Source: a virus
Taxonomy: Duplodnaviria; Caudoviricetes
Reading direction: 5' to 3' (one strand)
DNA length: 50,360 bases
IMG/VR virus record: IMGVR_UViG_3300044606_000249
Coordinates: 1 to 50,360 of that record
In this document: piece after piece, positions 1-8,982 of the stretch
Position numbering within the stretch: the stretch's first letter is position 1
Layout: each line of letters begins with the position of its first letter
Notes under the pieces: generated by a model
Database searches by the model: none
Told to the model about the DNA's origin: nothing
The model's input: the letters and a program-made list of their open reading frames with translations, nothing else
Program-made: the position numbers and the translations under genes

Positions 1-1110
1 ATGGCATCGAAGCGCAAGAAGGGTGCGCGGTGGGAGTTCGTCATCAAGCGGGCTGGGCTGCTCGAGAAGCCCGTCTATCTGACCTTCGACACCGAGGAAG
101 AGGGCGACATCTTCTGTCGCAACGTCGAGAAGCTGCTCGACCAAGGCATCATCCCCAACGACATCCGGCCCGAGTCCAGGCCGTCCACGCTTGGCAGTGT
201 GATCCGTGGATACCTGACCGAGGCGCACCCGTCGCTCAAGGATCAGGAAGTGCTCAGCACCGTACTGACGGCCAAGGGCGCCACGCCCGTCCTGAAGATC
301 GACGCCGCTTGGGTGGATGGGTGGATAGCCGAGATGAAGCAGGCCGACAAGCTCGCGCCGGCAACGATCCGGGCGAAGATCGGCGCGACCGCGCGGGCGT
401 GCGACTGGGCGATCAGGCGCAAGATGATCGCGTTACCCGATCATCCCTTCCGAACCCTGCCGGACGGTTATGCGACTTACAACGCGAAGGACGCCGCGGT
501 GGCCGGTGCGCGACGCGAGGACGTTGAGCGAGATCGGCGGCTCGACGGCGACGAAGAGAAGCGGATCCGCGAGGTGATCTCTGCCGGCGTGCTGGCGAGA
601 AAGCAGCGGCCCCGGGTGATCGAGGAAGCCGCCGCCCTGATGGTGGATTTCGACCTGGCGATCGAGACCGGCATGCGCATGCGCGAGCGCTACACGCTGG
701 CCTGCGACCAGGTGGATCTGCGCGGGCGGCAGATCGTGCTCGACAAGACTAAGAACGGCGACAGTCGGGAGGTGCCGCTATCGTCCGTGGCACTGCGCGT
801 TGTGGGCGAGCAGCTCGAGCGGCGCAAGGGCGAGCAGTGGCTGTGGCCGTGGTTCGATGGCGACTTCCGGCCGTACCAGCTGAAGATTCGCTCGAACTGG
901 CTGTCGAAGTTGTACGCCGACATCTTCGATGCGGCCGGTTGCCCGGATCTGCGCGAGCATGACCTGCGGCATGAGGCCACGTCGCGCTTCTTCGAGCGGA
1001 CCCAGCTGCCTGCCGAGGCGATCATGAAGATCACGGGACACAAGACGCACAAGATGGTCATGCGTTACCTGCGGCTACGCGGCTCGTCGCTGGCGGCGCA
1101 TCTGTGGTGA
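1..1110 (+). CDS. int: Tyrosine recombinase / phage integrase
   Basis: Catalytic motifs TGMR (R), KTKNG (K), HDLRH (HxxR), TGH, and MRY (Tyr). Confidence 0.95.
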   Translation: MASKRKKGARWEFVIKRAGLLEKPVYLTFDTEEEGDIFCRNVEKLLDQGIIPNDIRPESRPSTLGSVIRGYLTEAHPSLKDQEVLSTVLTAKGATPVLKIDAAWVDGWIAEMKQADKLAPATIRAKIGATARACDWAIRRKMIALPDHPFRTLPDGYATYNAKDAAVAGARREDVERDRRLDGDEEKRIREVISAGVLARKQRPRVIEEAAALMVDFDLAIETGMRMRERYTLACDQVDLRGRQIVLDKTKNGDSREVPLSSVALRVVGEQLERRKGEQWLWPWFDGDFRPYQLKIRSNWLSKLYADIFDAAGCPDLREHDLRHEATSRFFERTQLPAEAIMKITGHKTHKMVMRYLRLRGSSLAAHLW

Positions 1111-1122
1111 GGTGCGGCGACA

Positions 1123-1596
1123 CTAGATGCGGGATTCTCCCTGTGGCGTCATCGCAGCATCAACGGCCGCATCCATTTCTTCCCCATGCACCGTGTTCCA
1201 TGCCCCATTCCAGTGCCGGACATCCCACCGTGGCCAGCGAGTGCTTGTGGGGCCTTCGTCGCCCCGCAGGTAGCGGTATCGCTCGGCATCTTCCATCGCG
1301 GCGGCGAACTTCGGGTGCATCTCCAGGCAGTCGGAGTCCGGATCAACAACCTCGTTTCGTGGGTCAAGCAGCACGGCCATGCCGAAGGCAACACGAAATG
1401 CCGACCCCTTCCGCAAGATCGCCAGCAGGTGCTGCACGACACGGTCCCCATCTTCATCTTCGTCGTACCAGATCAGAGATTCTTCGTCTTCTCCAGCCAG
1501 CGCGGCAGGCAGGTAGCCTTTCCCCAGGTCTTCCAGTGACCGGCATAGTTCGAGGGTCATCTCAATGTCTTCTCGTGACGCCTTTGCCATCTTCAT
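1123..1596 (-). CDS. Hypothetical phage protein, last gene of the leftward early operon
   Basis: ORF starts MKMAKASREDIE after an AAGGA RBS. C-terminal DAERYRYLR...DAAVDAAM motif is common in phage early proteins. An alternative start exists upstream. Confidence 0.7.
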   Translation of the reverse strand: MKMAKASREDIEMTLELCRSLEDLGKGYLPAALAGEDEESLIWYDEDEDGDRVVQHLLAILRKGSAFRVAFGMAVLLDPRNEVVDPDSDCLEMHPKFAAAMEDAERYRYLRGDEGPTSTRWPRWDVRHWNGAWNTVHGEEMDAAVDAAMTPQGESRI

Positions 1597-1642
1597 CGTC
1601 GTATCCTTTCCACACGCTATTCCGGAGAGCCGAATTTCGGGG

Positions 1643-1885
1643 TTATCGAATGTGAGAAATTTGCACATTTCTTGCACGCCGCGCCTGTGGTGATCTGCGC
1701 CCCAGCCGCTCGGCCGTCTGCATCTGGATCTGCCGCTCGACGTACTCGAGCACGTCACGCTCGAGCATGACCCACGCTCGGCCGATCTTGGCGGCCGGCA
1801 GCTTGTGCGTGCGGATCATCTCCGCCACGGTTTCTTCGTGCACCTTGAGCAGGCGGGCGGCTTCGGTAATGTTGCAGGTGGTCAT
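1643..1885 (-). CDS. xis: Excisionase-like HTH DNA-binding protein
   Basis: 80 aa, pattern ITEAARLLKVHEETV...LPAAKIGRAW (HTH_17/excisionase type), convergent towards int. Confidence 0.8.
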   Translation of the reverse strand: MTTCNITEAARLLKVHEETVAEMIRTHKLPAAKIGRAWVMLERDVLEYVERQIQMQTAERLGRRSPQARRARNVQISHIR

Positions 1886-1891
1886 GTCGCG

Positions 1892-2086
1892 TCACTCCTT
1901 CGGCGCCCGCGTTGGCAGCGGCGCCCATCCTTCGTAGATCGATTCCTTGCCCGTCCAGGTGCCGTAGATCGCGCAGCCGTAGCGGGTGAGCAGCTGCACC
2001 TTCGTGCCGCGCGGGCAGCTCGCCATGGGCTGCCAGTGGTAGCCGTGGTCGACGGCGGCGGTGCGGGTGCTGTCGATGGTGGTCAT
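1892..2086 (-). CDS. Hypothetical phage protein
   Basis: 64 aa with WQPMASCPRG...GWAPLP pattern typical of DUF551-like small phage proteins. Overlaps the upstream stop. Confidence 0.7.
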   Translation of the reverse strand: MTTIDSTRTAAVDHGYHWQPMASCPRGTKVQLLTRYGCAIYGTWTGKESIYEGWAPLPTRAPKE

Positions 2087-2466
2087 GGCTTGAAAGTCTC
2101 TCCACGGTGCTTCGCCAACAGCTTTCGTGCGCGCTGCTTACCCGCCTTGCGTGAGTGGGCAAGCATGGCATTCACGGTGTTCTGTCCTGCGGCGGCAACG
2201 AGCCTCTGCGCGACTTCCGGCAGGTCGTGCCAGCTATGCAGGTGCAGCGGTTTCGGTTCGCCCTTCAGCACGTTTGCAGTGCGCTTGAGGATGCCGGCCA
2301 GCTTGTCGCGCAGCGCGCGGTCCTCTTCGGCTGACTCGATGATCTCGATCGCCGCATCAATCGCCTCGCCAATTCGGCTTACGTCTGGCGTCGGCAGCGT
2401 GCCGAGTGGTTCTCGACGCCACTCGTTGAACTGACGCAGGATGGTTGCCGCTTCTGCGGGGGTCAT
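2083..2466 (-). CDS. Hypothetical phage protein
   Basis: Starts MTPAEAATILRQFNEWRR. ATGA coupling at both ends. Confidence 0.7.
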   Translation of the reverse strand: MTPAEAATILRQFNEWRREPLGTLPTPDVSRIGEAIDAAIEIIESAEEDRALRDKLAGILKRTANVLKGEPKPLHLHSWHDLPEVAQRLVAAAGQNTVNAMLAHSRKAGKQRARKLLAKHRGETFKP

Positions 2467-2702
2467 GACTTTACGCCGAGCGCGTTGCGGATCTCTTCGC
2501 GCGCCCGATGCGCGCCAGCTTGTCGTCCGAGCGAGTAGGCGCGGCGCATCGCCTCCAGCACCCATTCGTGCGGGTGAAATACATCGGCTTGCTCGGGGGT
2601 CTTCGGCAAGTAGTCGTGATCCTCTTGCGAAAGCAGCGCCTCTTCGCGCGCTGTTCTCAGCAGTTTCGCCTCTTCGTGAGGCAGCAGGTTCCATTCACTC
2701 AT
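2463..2702 (-). CDS. Hypothetical phage protein
   Basis: Starts MSEWNLLPHEE after an AAGGAG RBS. Confidence 0.65.
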   Translation of the reverse strand: MSEWNLLPHEEAKLLRTAREEALLSQEDHDYLPKTPEQADVFHPHEWVLEAMRRAYSLGRQAGAHRAREEIRNALGVKS

Positions 2703-2703
2703 T

Positions 2704-2883
2704 TCAGATTGCTCCTTGTGTCTTCGGCGCAAACCACGCGCACGGCGTATGCATCGGATGCGGCCCGCTCGGGTGCGCGCATCTGTCGTAGTGCTCGACC
2801 CATCCCGATTTCCTGACGATCACGAGGACGATGTGCCCGCACTGGCGGCAGCCGAGCGGGGCGCGGTTTTGCTGTGCGGTCAT
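2704..2883 (-). CDS. Small Cys-rich hypothetical protein (59 aa, not in the ORF track)
   Basis: Translated by hand: MTAQQNRAPLGCRQCGHIVLVIVRKSGWVEHYDRCAHPSGPHPMHTPCAWFAPKTQGAI. ATGA overlap with the upstream stop and fills the gap exactly. Confidence 0.6.
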   Translation of the reverse strand: MTAQQNRAPLGCRQCGHIVLVIVRKSGWVEHYDRCAHPSGPHPMHTPCAWFAPKTQGAI

Positions 2884-3179
2884 TCGCGCTCTCCGGTCGC
2901 ACGGGAAATGGCTGCCCGAGCTGACTTGATTGCAGGGTGTGTGGTGGCGCTCGGGAGTGCATTCAGCAAGCCCTGCAGCGCCTCCAGCAACTCCGGCCCT
3001 GATGCCATCAGCCGCGCATTCGCCATCGCTTCAGCAGGCGTGATGCCTTGCCCCGTTGCAGGGTGTGGGTCGCGCTGGATGGCATGGCCGACTGCGCGAC
3101 CGTTCGGGCCGTCGATGCGCGGATTGGGGTAATCCGCCTGGGTGTTGACGGTCCACGGGCCTTGGGTGTGTGCGGTCAC
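2880..3179 (-). CDS. Hypothetical phage protein
   Basis: GTG start. HTQGPW...ANARLMASGPELLEAL motif typical of phage early proteins. Confidence 0.75.
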   Translation of the reverse strand: MTAHTQGPWTVNTQADYPNPRIDGPNGRAVGHAIQRDPHPATGQGITPAEAMANARLMASGPELLEALQGLLNALPSATTHPAIKSARAAISRATGERE

Positions 3180-3412
3180 TCTCCATCCTCCTGTCTCGCC
3201 CGCACCGCGCGATTGATTGCGCGGCGGATGTGGGGCCATTCGTCTGCATCGAAAGCGATGCGCTGTTCGCCGTGCTCTTCGGTGTTCTGGCGCACGACGA
3301 GGAATTCGCCGCCGCCTTCGTCGTCGAGCTCGACCGTCGTGGCGTGCTCGCTGAAGGTTGGCTCGCCAGCGGGCGCGACGATGAATTTGATGGGGCGGAG
3401 GTGGTAGCTCAT
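3176..3412 (-). CDS. Hypothetical phage protein
   Basis: Starts MSYHLRPIKF, coupled to the methyltransferase stop. Confidence 0.7.
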   Translation of the reverse strand: MSYHLRPIKFIVAPAGEPTFSEHATTVELDDEGGGEFLVVRQNTEEHGEQRIAFDADEWPHIRRAINRAVRARQEDGE

Positions 3413-4881
3413 GCTGCCTCCAGTTGCCGCAGTTCGCGGGCGGTGAATGTCATCAGGTCGGGCACGTTCGCCCGGGCCAGTGCTGCCGCCAGCGGCGGGC
3501 TGACGCTGTTGCCGCACATGCGCACCTGGGCTCGCTTGGGCAGGCGCTTGCCGTTGATCACCGGGGCGATCTGGTACGACTCGGGGAAGCCCTGCGCACG
3601 GTAGAGCTCGCGCGGCTCGAGCATGCGCATGCCGATGTCGGCGATGCGGTATTGCTGCTGATCGACCGTGACGAGGCCGAAGCGGTCGACGGTGGGGATG
3701 GTGTGCAGCGGGTCGCTGAGGTGCTGATCCTGCCCGCCCTCGCCGTAGTACTTGGTCAGGAAGGCCGTCACCAGGGCGTGGTGGTCTTGCGTGGTGACGG
3801 TGTGCATGGGGTCGGTCATCGGCGCACCGGGGCCGGTGTAGTTGCCGCCGAAGTGCTTGGCGAGGAACGCGCAGACCAGCGCATGCTTTGCGCCGCCGGC
3901 CACGACGGTACCGAGCGGCTTGTCGAGGCCGGGCACGCGCGGCGCCTGGCCGGTGCGCTCGCCGTAGCCGGTCTGGATCAGGGTGGGGGCCACCAACGCA
4001 TAGCCATTCTCGGATGTGACCGTCTGAAGGGGGGCTGTCAGTGCCTGACCGCGGAAGTACTCGTAGGCATGATTCACCTTCACGATGAACGGGGAGGCGC
4101 TATCGACCACATACTTCTGAATCCCGCGGGCAATTCTGCGCATCGTGTTCTCAGCCAGCGGCTTGGCGCGGTCGAAGATGCTCGGGCAGGGCAGGGACCA
4201 GTCGATGCACTCGGCAGCCGTGCGCCACGGTTTGAGCGTGCGTGCCTTCACGCCGGCAGAGCCCGGTGCGCCGTGCGTGGGTGCTGGCCACACGATGGGC
4301 TGGCCGTCGCAGCGGGCGACGAGGAACAGCCGCTTGCGCGTGGTTGGGGCGCCGTAGTCGCAGGCGCGCAGTTCGCGCCACTCGACCGCGTAGCCCAGTT
4401 CCTGAAGCTGGCGAACGAAGTCGCGGAAGGTGTGGCCGCGCCGATCGGGGCAGGGCGTGCCGTCGTCGCGCAGTGGGCCCCACGTCTGAAACTCTTCGAC
4501 GTTCTCGAGGATGATCACCCGCGGGCGCACCAGCGCGGCCCACCTCACCGCGACCCACGCCAGGCCACGGATGCGCTTGTCGCGCGGCTTGCCGCCCTTG
4601 GCCTTGCTGAAGTGCTTGCAGTCGGGGCTGAACCAAGCAAGCCCGACCGGGCGGCCCTGCGTGACGGCCAGCGGGTCGATGTCCCACACGCTTTCGCAGT
4701 AGTGCTCGGTCTGCGGGTGGTTGAGCGTGTGCATGGCCACGGCTTCGGGGTCGTGGTTGATGGCGATATCGACGTGCCGGCCGAGCGCAAGCTCGATGCC
4801 GCAAGAGGCGCCACCGCCGCCGGCGAAGTTGTCGACGATGAGTTCGCGCTGCAAGTCGAGGATGAACTGGTCGCGGATCAT
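3409..4881 (-). CDS. Orphan DNA (cytosine-5)-methyltransferase
   Basis: C5-MTase motifs: FAGGGG (I), SPDC (IV), ENV (VI), RKR (VIII), GNSV (X). No adjacent restriction endonuclease. Confidence 0.93.
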   Translation of the reverse strand: MIRDQFILDLQRELIVDNFAGGGGASCGIELALGRHVDIAINHDPEAVAMHTLNHPQTEHYCESVWDIDPLAVTQGRPVGLAWFSPDCKHFSKAKGGKPRDKRIRGLAWVAVRWAALVRPRVIILENVEEFQTWGPLRDDGTPCPDRRGHTFRDFVRQLQELGYAVEWRELRACDYGAPTTRKRLFLVARCDGQPIVWPAPTHGAPGSAGVKARTLKPWRTAAECIDWSLPCPSIFDRAKPLAENTMRRIARGIQKYVVDSASPFIVKVNHAYEYFRGQALTAPLQTVTSENGYALVAPTLIQTGYGERTGQAPRVPGLDKPLGTVVAGGAKHALVCAFLAKHFGGNYTGPGAPMTDPMHTVTTQDHHALVTAFLTKYYGEGGQDQHLSDPLHTIPTVDRFGLVTVDQQQYRIADIGMRMLEPRELYRAQGFPESYQIAPVINGKRLPKRAQVRMCGNSVSPPLAAALARANVPDLMTFTARELRQLEAA

Positions 4882-5306
4882 GCGGCGCCCTCCGTCATGC
4901 CCAGCTCCTCCGCCCTGTTCGCGATCAGCTGCGTCTTCACGATGCTGCCGATCTCGTACACATCCATCTTTCGATATGCCCGCTTGCACTGATCGACGAC
5001 TGCCTGGCACTGCGCGACCAGCTCGGGCGGGATCGGCGTGCTGTAGCGCAGGCGGGCAACGATCTTGCGGGCGGGGTCGAGGTCGAGGCACAGCGTGTAG
5101 CGGGCGTCGATGCGCTCCCACAGGGCGATCCAGCCTTCCATCGCGGCGGGAATCTCGTACCAGACGCCATCAGGCGGGTTGAGGAACACGGGAGCGCCCT
5201 GGATCTCGTGGATCCAGCCGTCGGCGAGCTTCGCGAGCATCGCGTCGATGCAGCCAAAGGCCTTCATCATGTCCGCGATGGTGGGGCGGCGAATGCGGCG
5301 GGTCAT
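4878..5306 (-). CDS. Hypothetical phage protein
   Basis: Starts MTRRIRRPTIADMMKAF, with coupled start/stop overlaps. Confidence 0.7.
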   Translation of the reverse strand: MTRRIRRPTIADMMKAFGCIDAMLAKLADGWIHEIQGAPVFLNPPDGVWYEIPAAMEGWIALWERIDARYTLCLDLDPARKIVARLRYSTPIPPELVAQCQAVVDQCKRAYRKMDVYEIGSIVKTQLIANRAEELGMTEGAA

Positions 5307-5611
5307 ACGGCCTCCCAGACTCGGGCGCGTGACTTGGCGTGCCGGCCGCGGCAGCGGATCTCGCCGGCCTCGTGCAGCAACGCGACGCGGATCTTCACCG
5401 GCTCTATGGCTTGTCCGAAGAAATCGGCAATCTCGTTGGTGGTTGCCGGGCCTGTCTCGCGCAACATGGCGACGATCTCGGCCTTGAAGCCTGGGCCGAT
5501 GCGCCCGGTGGTGCGCACATACCGCTGCTCGGACGTATGGAGGCGGCGCTGAGTCTCGGGCGGCAGCGGCGGCACCGGTGCTAGGCCAAGGGAGAGAGCG
5601 ATGATGTTCAT
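5303..5611 (-). CDS. Putative winged-helix DNA-binding protein
   Basis: IVAMLRETGPATTNEIADFFG...L...GEI pattern resembles a wHTH. Confidence 0.6.
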   Translation of the reverse strand: MNIIALSLGLAPVPPLPPETQRRLHTSEQRYVRTTGRIGPGFKAEIVAMLRETGPATTNEIADFFGQAIEPVKIRVALLHEAGEIRCRGRHAKSRARVWEAV

Positions 5612-6786
5612 GCTTGGGCCTGCTCGTGCGGACTTTGTGCGGCGCTGGCCTTGATGACCATGCGACCACCGAAGAAAAGCACTTTCTCCGCGTCGTACAG
5701 CCCGTCGTCGTAGCCGCGTTTTTGTTTGCCGAGCCGCGCGGCTGCCTTACGCCAAATCGCCTTAAAGGCATTGCCTTCTGCGAAATCCATATGCAGTGCT
5801 TCGATGACGTCGTTGCACTCAGCAACGTAAGGCGCCCGCCCTTCATCGGTTGGGTGCTTCACGAGGACTTTGTAGTAACTCACAGACCCGCCGGTGTATT
5901 CCTGCTCGGTGTTGGCGTTCTTATCAGTTGGGGTGTTGTCGGCGTGAGCCTGCCGGCGCAGGTGCTCGGCCTCGTTGCGGGCGGACTGCAGCAGGTGTTC
6001 GAGCTTTTCGACCAGGGCGGTCTGGTTGGCGAGCTGGTCGCGTAGCTCGACGACAACGCGGGCTTGCTTGAGCAGCTCGTCGTCTTTCTCGCGCACGGCC
6101 GTCAACGCGTGGCTGATCTCGTTCACCGCCTCGTCGATCATCTCGGCGGCTTTCTCGGCGAGCTCGACCTCGGTAAAGTCGCTGGGATCGATGGGGCCTG
6201 TGACACGGTGGGCGAGCAGGGCGCGGATGGTATCGAGTTCGCGACTCAGTACGTCACGGGATTCGCGGTAGCTGTCGCGCGCCCTCTTGGAAATCTCAAG
6301 ATCCTCGAGGACTCTTGGTCTGACGAGGATAAGATCAATCTCTTTTCGGTCGTCCTCCGCAGCCTGCCCTGCTGTGGAGACTTCAGCGGGGAGTTCCGGT
6401 GCGCGTTCAGGCGCAACCGTCAAGCTTTCCTTTACGGTTGCCTCAGCTGCAGCCGGTTCGCTGACTGCCTCCACCTTCGCCTTCGCATCCGCCCGATCGC
6501 GCGGCCCCGCGTTGAAGCTCGTCTTGGTCTTGGCGCCCTTCTTCAGGTTACCGCCCTGCAGCTTGGCCGGGCCTTCTGCCAGGCGCTTCTTGCCGGCGTC
6601 GGTCAGGGTGTAGCCGGGCTGGCGCGTCACGTCGTCGAGCCGCTTGGCCAGCAGACCGTCCTGCGCGCAGTCGCGCACGCTCCATGCGGCCTTCTGGCGG
6701 TCGTAGCTGATCGCGTCGGCGATCTCGTTGATCGGTGCGCCGGGGTTTGCAGCCACGGCCTTCAGGATCTCAAAGCGCAGGTTCAT
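5608..6786 (-). CDS. Multidomain protein: N-terminal wHTH, coiled coil, C-terminal DUF3310-like domain
   Basis: N-terminal ILKAVAANPG...EIAD...YTLTDAG. C-terminal YYKV...ECNDVIEAL.MDFAEGNAFKAIWR...YDAEK. Confidence 0.65.
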   Translation of the reverse strand: MNLRFEILKAVAANPGAPINEIADAISYDRQKAAWSVRDCAQDGLLAKRLDDVTRQPGYTLTDAGKKRLAEGPAKLQGGNLKKGAKTKTSFNAGPRDRADAKAKVEAVSEPAAAEATVKESLTVAPERAPELPAEVSTAGQAAEDDRKEIDLILVRPRVLEDLEISKRARDSYRESRDVLSRELDTIRALLAHRVTGPIDPSDFTEVELAEKAAEMIDEAVNEISHALTAVREKDDELLKQARVVVELRDQLANQTALVEKLEHLLQSARNEAEHLRRQAHADNTPTDKNANTEQEYTGGSVSYYKVLVKHPTDEGRAPYVAECNDVIEALHMDFAEGNAFKAIWRKAAARLGKQKRGYDDGLYDAEKVLFFGGRMVIKASAAQSPHEQAQA

Positions 6787-6991
6787 GGTGCGGTGCCTTC
6801 ATGGAGGTTTCGAGGCCGCAAAGGCCCATCTCGAACGCGGCGTCGGCCACGTCGTTGTCGTCGATGCTCGGGTCGCTGCTGCGGATGTCGGCGATCAGCA
6901 CTTCGAGCCGGGCTGACTGCGACGGGGTCAGCATCACCGTGACCGGGATGCGGTCGTCGAGCTGGTCGGCGGGGTCGTTGGGTGTGGTCAT
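6770..6991 (-). CDS. Hypothetical phage protein
   Basis: Starts MTTPND after a GAGGA RBS. Confidence 0.6.
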   Translation of the reverse strand: MTTPNDPADQLDDRIPVTVMLTPSQSARLEVLIADIRSSDPSIDDNDVADAAFEMGLCGLETSMKAPHHEPAL

Positions 6992-7010
6992 CGTGTCCTC
7001 GTCTGGTTGA

Positions 7011-7112
7011 TCCATTCGGCTGGTGGCTGCGTCAGTCGCCATGCGGATGGATGCCGGTTACGCTTTCCGGCTCCCGGTACAAAGCTCATGCGCGGTGCGC
7101 GTTGAGTCCGGG
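7011..7112 (+). ncRNA. Candidate structured RNA (three adjacent hairpins), antisense to the early operon
   Basis: Stems 7011-7029/7033-7051, 7053-7057/7067-7071 and 7073-7093/7097-7112. Five G-U pairs are valid only on the + strand. Confidence 0.35.
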
Positions 7113-7128
7113 CGTGGGAGTGGGGCGG

Positions 7129-7950
7129 TTACGGGGTGCCGAACAGCAGCGGCACGCCGGCCTTGTCGCGGATCAGTTCGACCGTGGCGCGGCAGGCGTC
7201 TTCGAGCACGCGATCGGCGCGCTGCAGGTCGAACCAGAACTTGATCTCGCCGCTGTTGCGGTCGATGCGGTAGCGCAGCAGGGCCTCGACCGAGTACGCA
7301 GCGCCGCCGGCAAAGGGGCGCAGGCCCAGCGTGAACTTGCGGAAGACCTCGAGCTTGCCCTTGGTGGCGCTGTCGCCTTCTTCGGTGAATTCGAGCTGCA
7401 CCATGCCGTTTGCCAAATTCACCGAGCTGCCGTACTTGACCTTGCGGGTCTCCTGCAGGGTCAGGACGAACTCCAGCACCTGCGCACCGGCCGGCTCTGC
7501 GATGTCGCCCAGGTTGGCCTCGAGGAAGAAGCCGAACTCGGCCTGCGACATGGCCTTGCCGGACTGCTCGGTCCAGCGCTTCCATTCTTCGGTGAAGCGG
7601 GGGGTGAAGATCGCGCGGTGGTCGCGGAAGCCCGGCATATCCTCGCCGTGGTCATTGAAGACGGCGACCGCCTGCACGCGCTGCTTGGCATAGTCGGCGT
7701 CGACGTACACCACGCAGTCGCTCAGGCTGCCGTGGCGCTTGACCTGGGCGATGAAGCTATCGACGTCGTGCAGCGTGGTGGTGCCGATCTTGCGGCCCGG
7801 TGCAGCAAGGTGGTCGGTGCGGCGTTCGAGCGAGTAGCCATTCGGGATCGCAACGAGGGCGCCGTGCTCGTTTTCGCCGATCAGGAAAGGCTTGCGGGCC
7901 ATCTTCTCGATGTGCTCGACGGCGCCGGGGGTGGATTCGAGGTGTTCCAT
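7129..7950 (-). CDS. DUF2303 (YfdQ-like) phage protein
   Basis: 273 aa. Pattern TLHDVDSFI...AVFNDH...W...MSQAEFGFFLEANLGDI...F.LGLRPF...LLRYRI...PLLFGTP. Confidence 0.85.
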   Translation of the reverse strand: MEHLESTPGAVEHIEKMARKPFLIGENEHGALVAIPNGYSLERRTDHLAAPGRKIGTTTLHDVDSFIAQVKRHGSLSDCVVYVDADYAKQRVQAVAVFNDHGEDMPGFRDHRAIFTPRFTEEWKRWTEQSGKAMSQAEFGFFLEANLGDIAEPAGAQVLEFVLTLQETRKVKYGSSVNLANGMVQLEFTEEGDSATKGKLEVFRKFTLGLRPFAGGAAYSVEALLRYRIDRNSGEIKFWFDLQRADRVLEDACRATVELIRDKAGVPLLFGTP

Positions 7951-7990
7951 GGGTGGTCCTTGCGGGTGGTGGTGGTGGTCGATGGCCGGC

Positions 7991-8341
7991 TTAGCCGACC
8001 TTGCGGAGGGATTCGGCCTGCGGTTTCGCGTCGGCTTCGACTGCCTTCAGTTCGATCTCGGCCTGGCGCGGGTCGCGCGCCTGCAGGTTTCCTTCGGGCG
8101 TGCCGAACAGGATCGTTTCGCCCACCGGCAGCTCGGGCAGCTTGGCGCGCACCTTGTCGCTGATGACGTAGGTGCCGGGAATCTTCGCGGCGGGCTTGAT
8201 CGTGAGCTCGATGGTCAGCTTGGCGACCTTGCCGGTCTCGTCGACCGCGCGGACGGCCTTGGCCAGTTCGGTGGCTGCGTCATCGAGGATTTCGCCGCGG
8301 CGGATCTCGCGCAGGGTGTCGAAGAAGGGACGTGTTGCCAT
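7991..8341 (-). CDS. YfdP-like partner of DUF2303
   Basis: Starts MATRPFFDTLREIRRG...V..TGK..KLTIELTIKP...F.TPEGNL...DPRQ. This type of gene typically precedes DUF2303. Confidence 0.75.
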   Translation of the reverse strand: MATRPFFDTLREIRRGEILDDAATELAKAVRAVDETGKVAKLTIELTIKPAAKIPGTYVISDKVRAKLPELPVGETILFGTPEGNLQARDPRQAEIELKAVEADAKPQAESLRKVG

Positions 8342-8363
8342 GGTGGTGCTCCTTACTTTTGGA

Positions 8364-8516
8364 TCTCCGAAAGCCCGGAGACGTGGCGTAAATTGGGTGC
8401 GGTCTTTCCCGCCGTCCGCCATCGCCCGCCGCATTTGTCGCCCCGGAGTCGCAAGGGGTGGAAGGTCGCTCGTCACCACGTCGATGGCTGCCGGTGATAT
8501 GTGCCCCTCCGCCGGC
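8364..8516 (-). ncRNA. Candidate structured intergenic RNA element in the early-left operon
   Basis: ~190 bp non-coding gap with a long-range helix 8380-8388/8474-8482 enclosing hairpins 8399-8412 and 8441-8458. Flanking hairpins at 8364-8381 and 8490-8516. Confidence 0.3.
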
Positions 8517-8530
8517 CGGGGTCGTGATGC

Positions 8531-8755
8531 TCAGGAGCTACGCATCTGCCGCATGGCATCGTCGAACGACGCCAGGCGCGCACCGCGGGGTTTGCGCTCG
8601 ATGAAGGCGTTGGTGAGTGCGAGGTCGCCGTCGCGCAGCGCGTCTCGACCGTTCCAGTCATCGACGATGCGGTTGCAGCCGAAGTGGCGCTTGAGGGCTT
8701 CGCTGTTTCGGGTCTTTCCGCAGGCTTGCGGGCCGTAGACGATCACGGTGGTCAT
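8531..8755 (-). CDS. Tiny P-loop-containing hypothetical protein
   Basis: 74 aa, VIVYGPQACGKT Walker A, followed by IVDD. Confidence 0.65.
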   Translation of the reverse strand: MTTVIVYGPQACGKTRNSEALKRHFGCNRIVDDWNGRDALRDGDLALTNAFIERKPRGARLASFDDAMRQMRSS

Positions 8756-8982
8756 GGCCGCACCTCGGCCACCTGAACCGGCTGCCCGCACTCGATGCCG
8801 TACTGGCTCGCCACCTGTGCGACGGCCTTGGCGGCTTCGGCGTCGGCCTGTGCGATCAGCGCCTCGGTGTGCGCGTCGAGCGCCTCGAGGGCGCCGTATC
8901 CGGCGACGATCAGCACTGCGGCCAGCCAGGCCGTCCAGCGTGGCAGCGGGTTGCGCTGCGTGGGGTCGGTGTTCGGGTTCAT
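8752..8982 (-). CDS. Hypothetical single-TM phage protein
   Basis: Hydrophobic stretch WTAWLAAVLIVAGYGAL. GGAGG RBS. Confidence 0.6.
   Translation of the reverse strand: MNPNTDPTQRNPLPRWTAWLAAVLIVAGYGALEALDAHTEALIAQADAEAAKAVAQVASQYGIECGQPVQVAEVRP

Noticed and set aside
1596-1668. attC-like cassette site before the last early gene
   Set aside because: No complete inverted R/L box structure could be identified.
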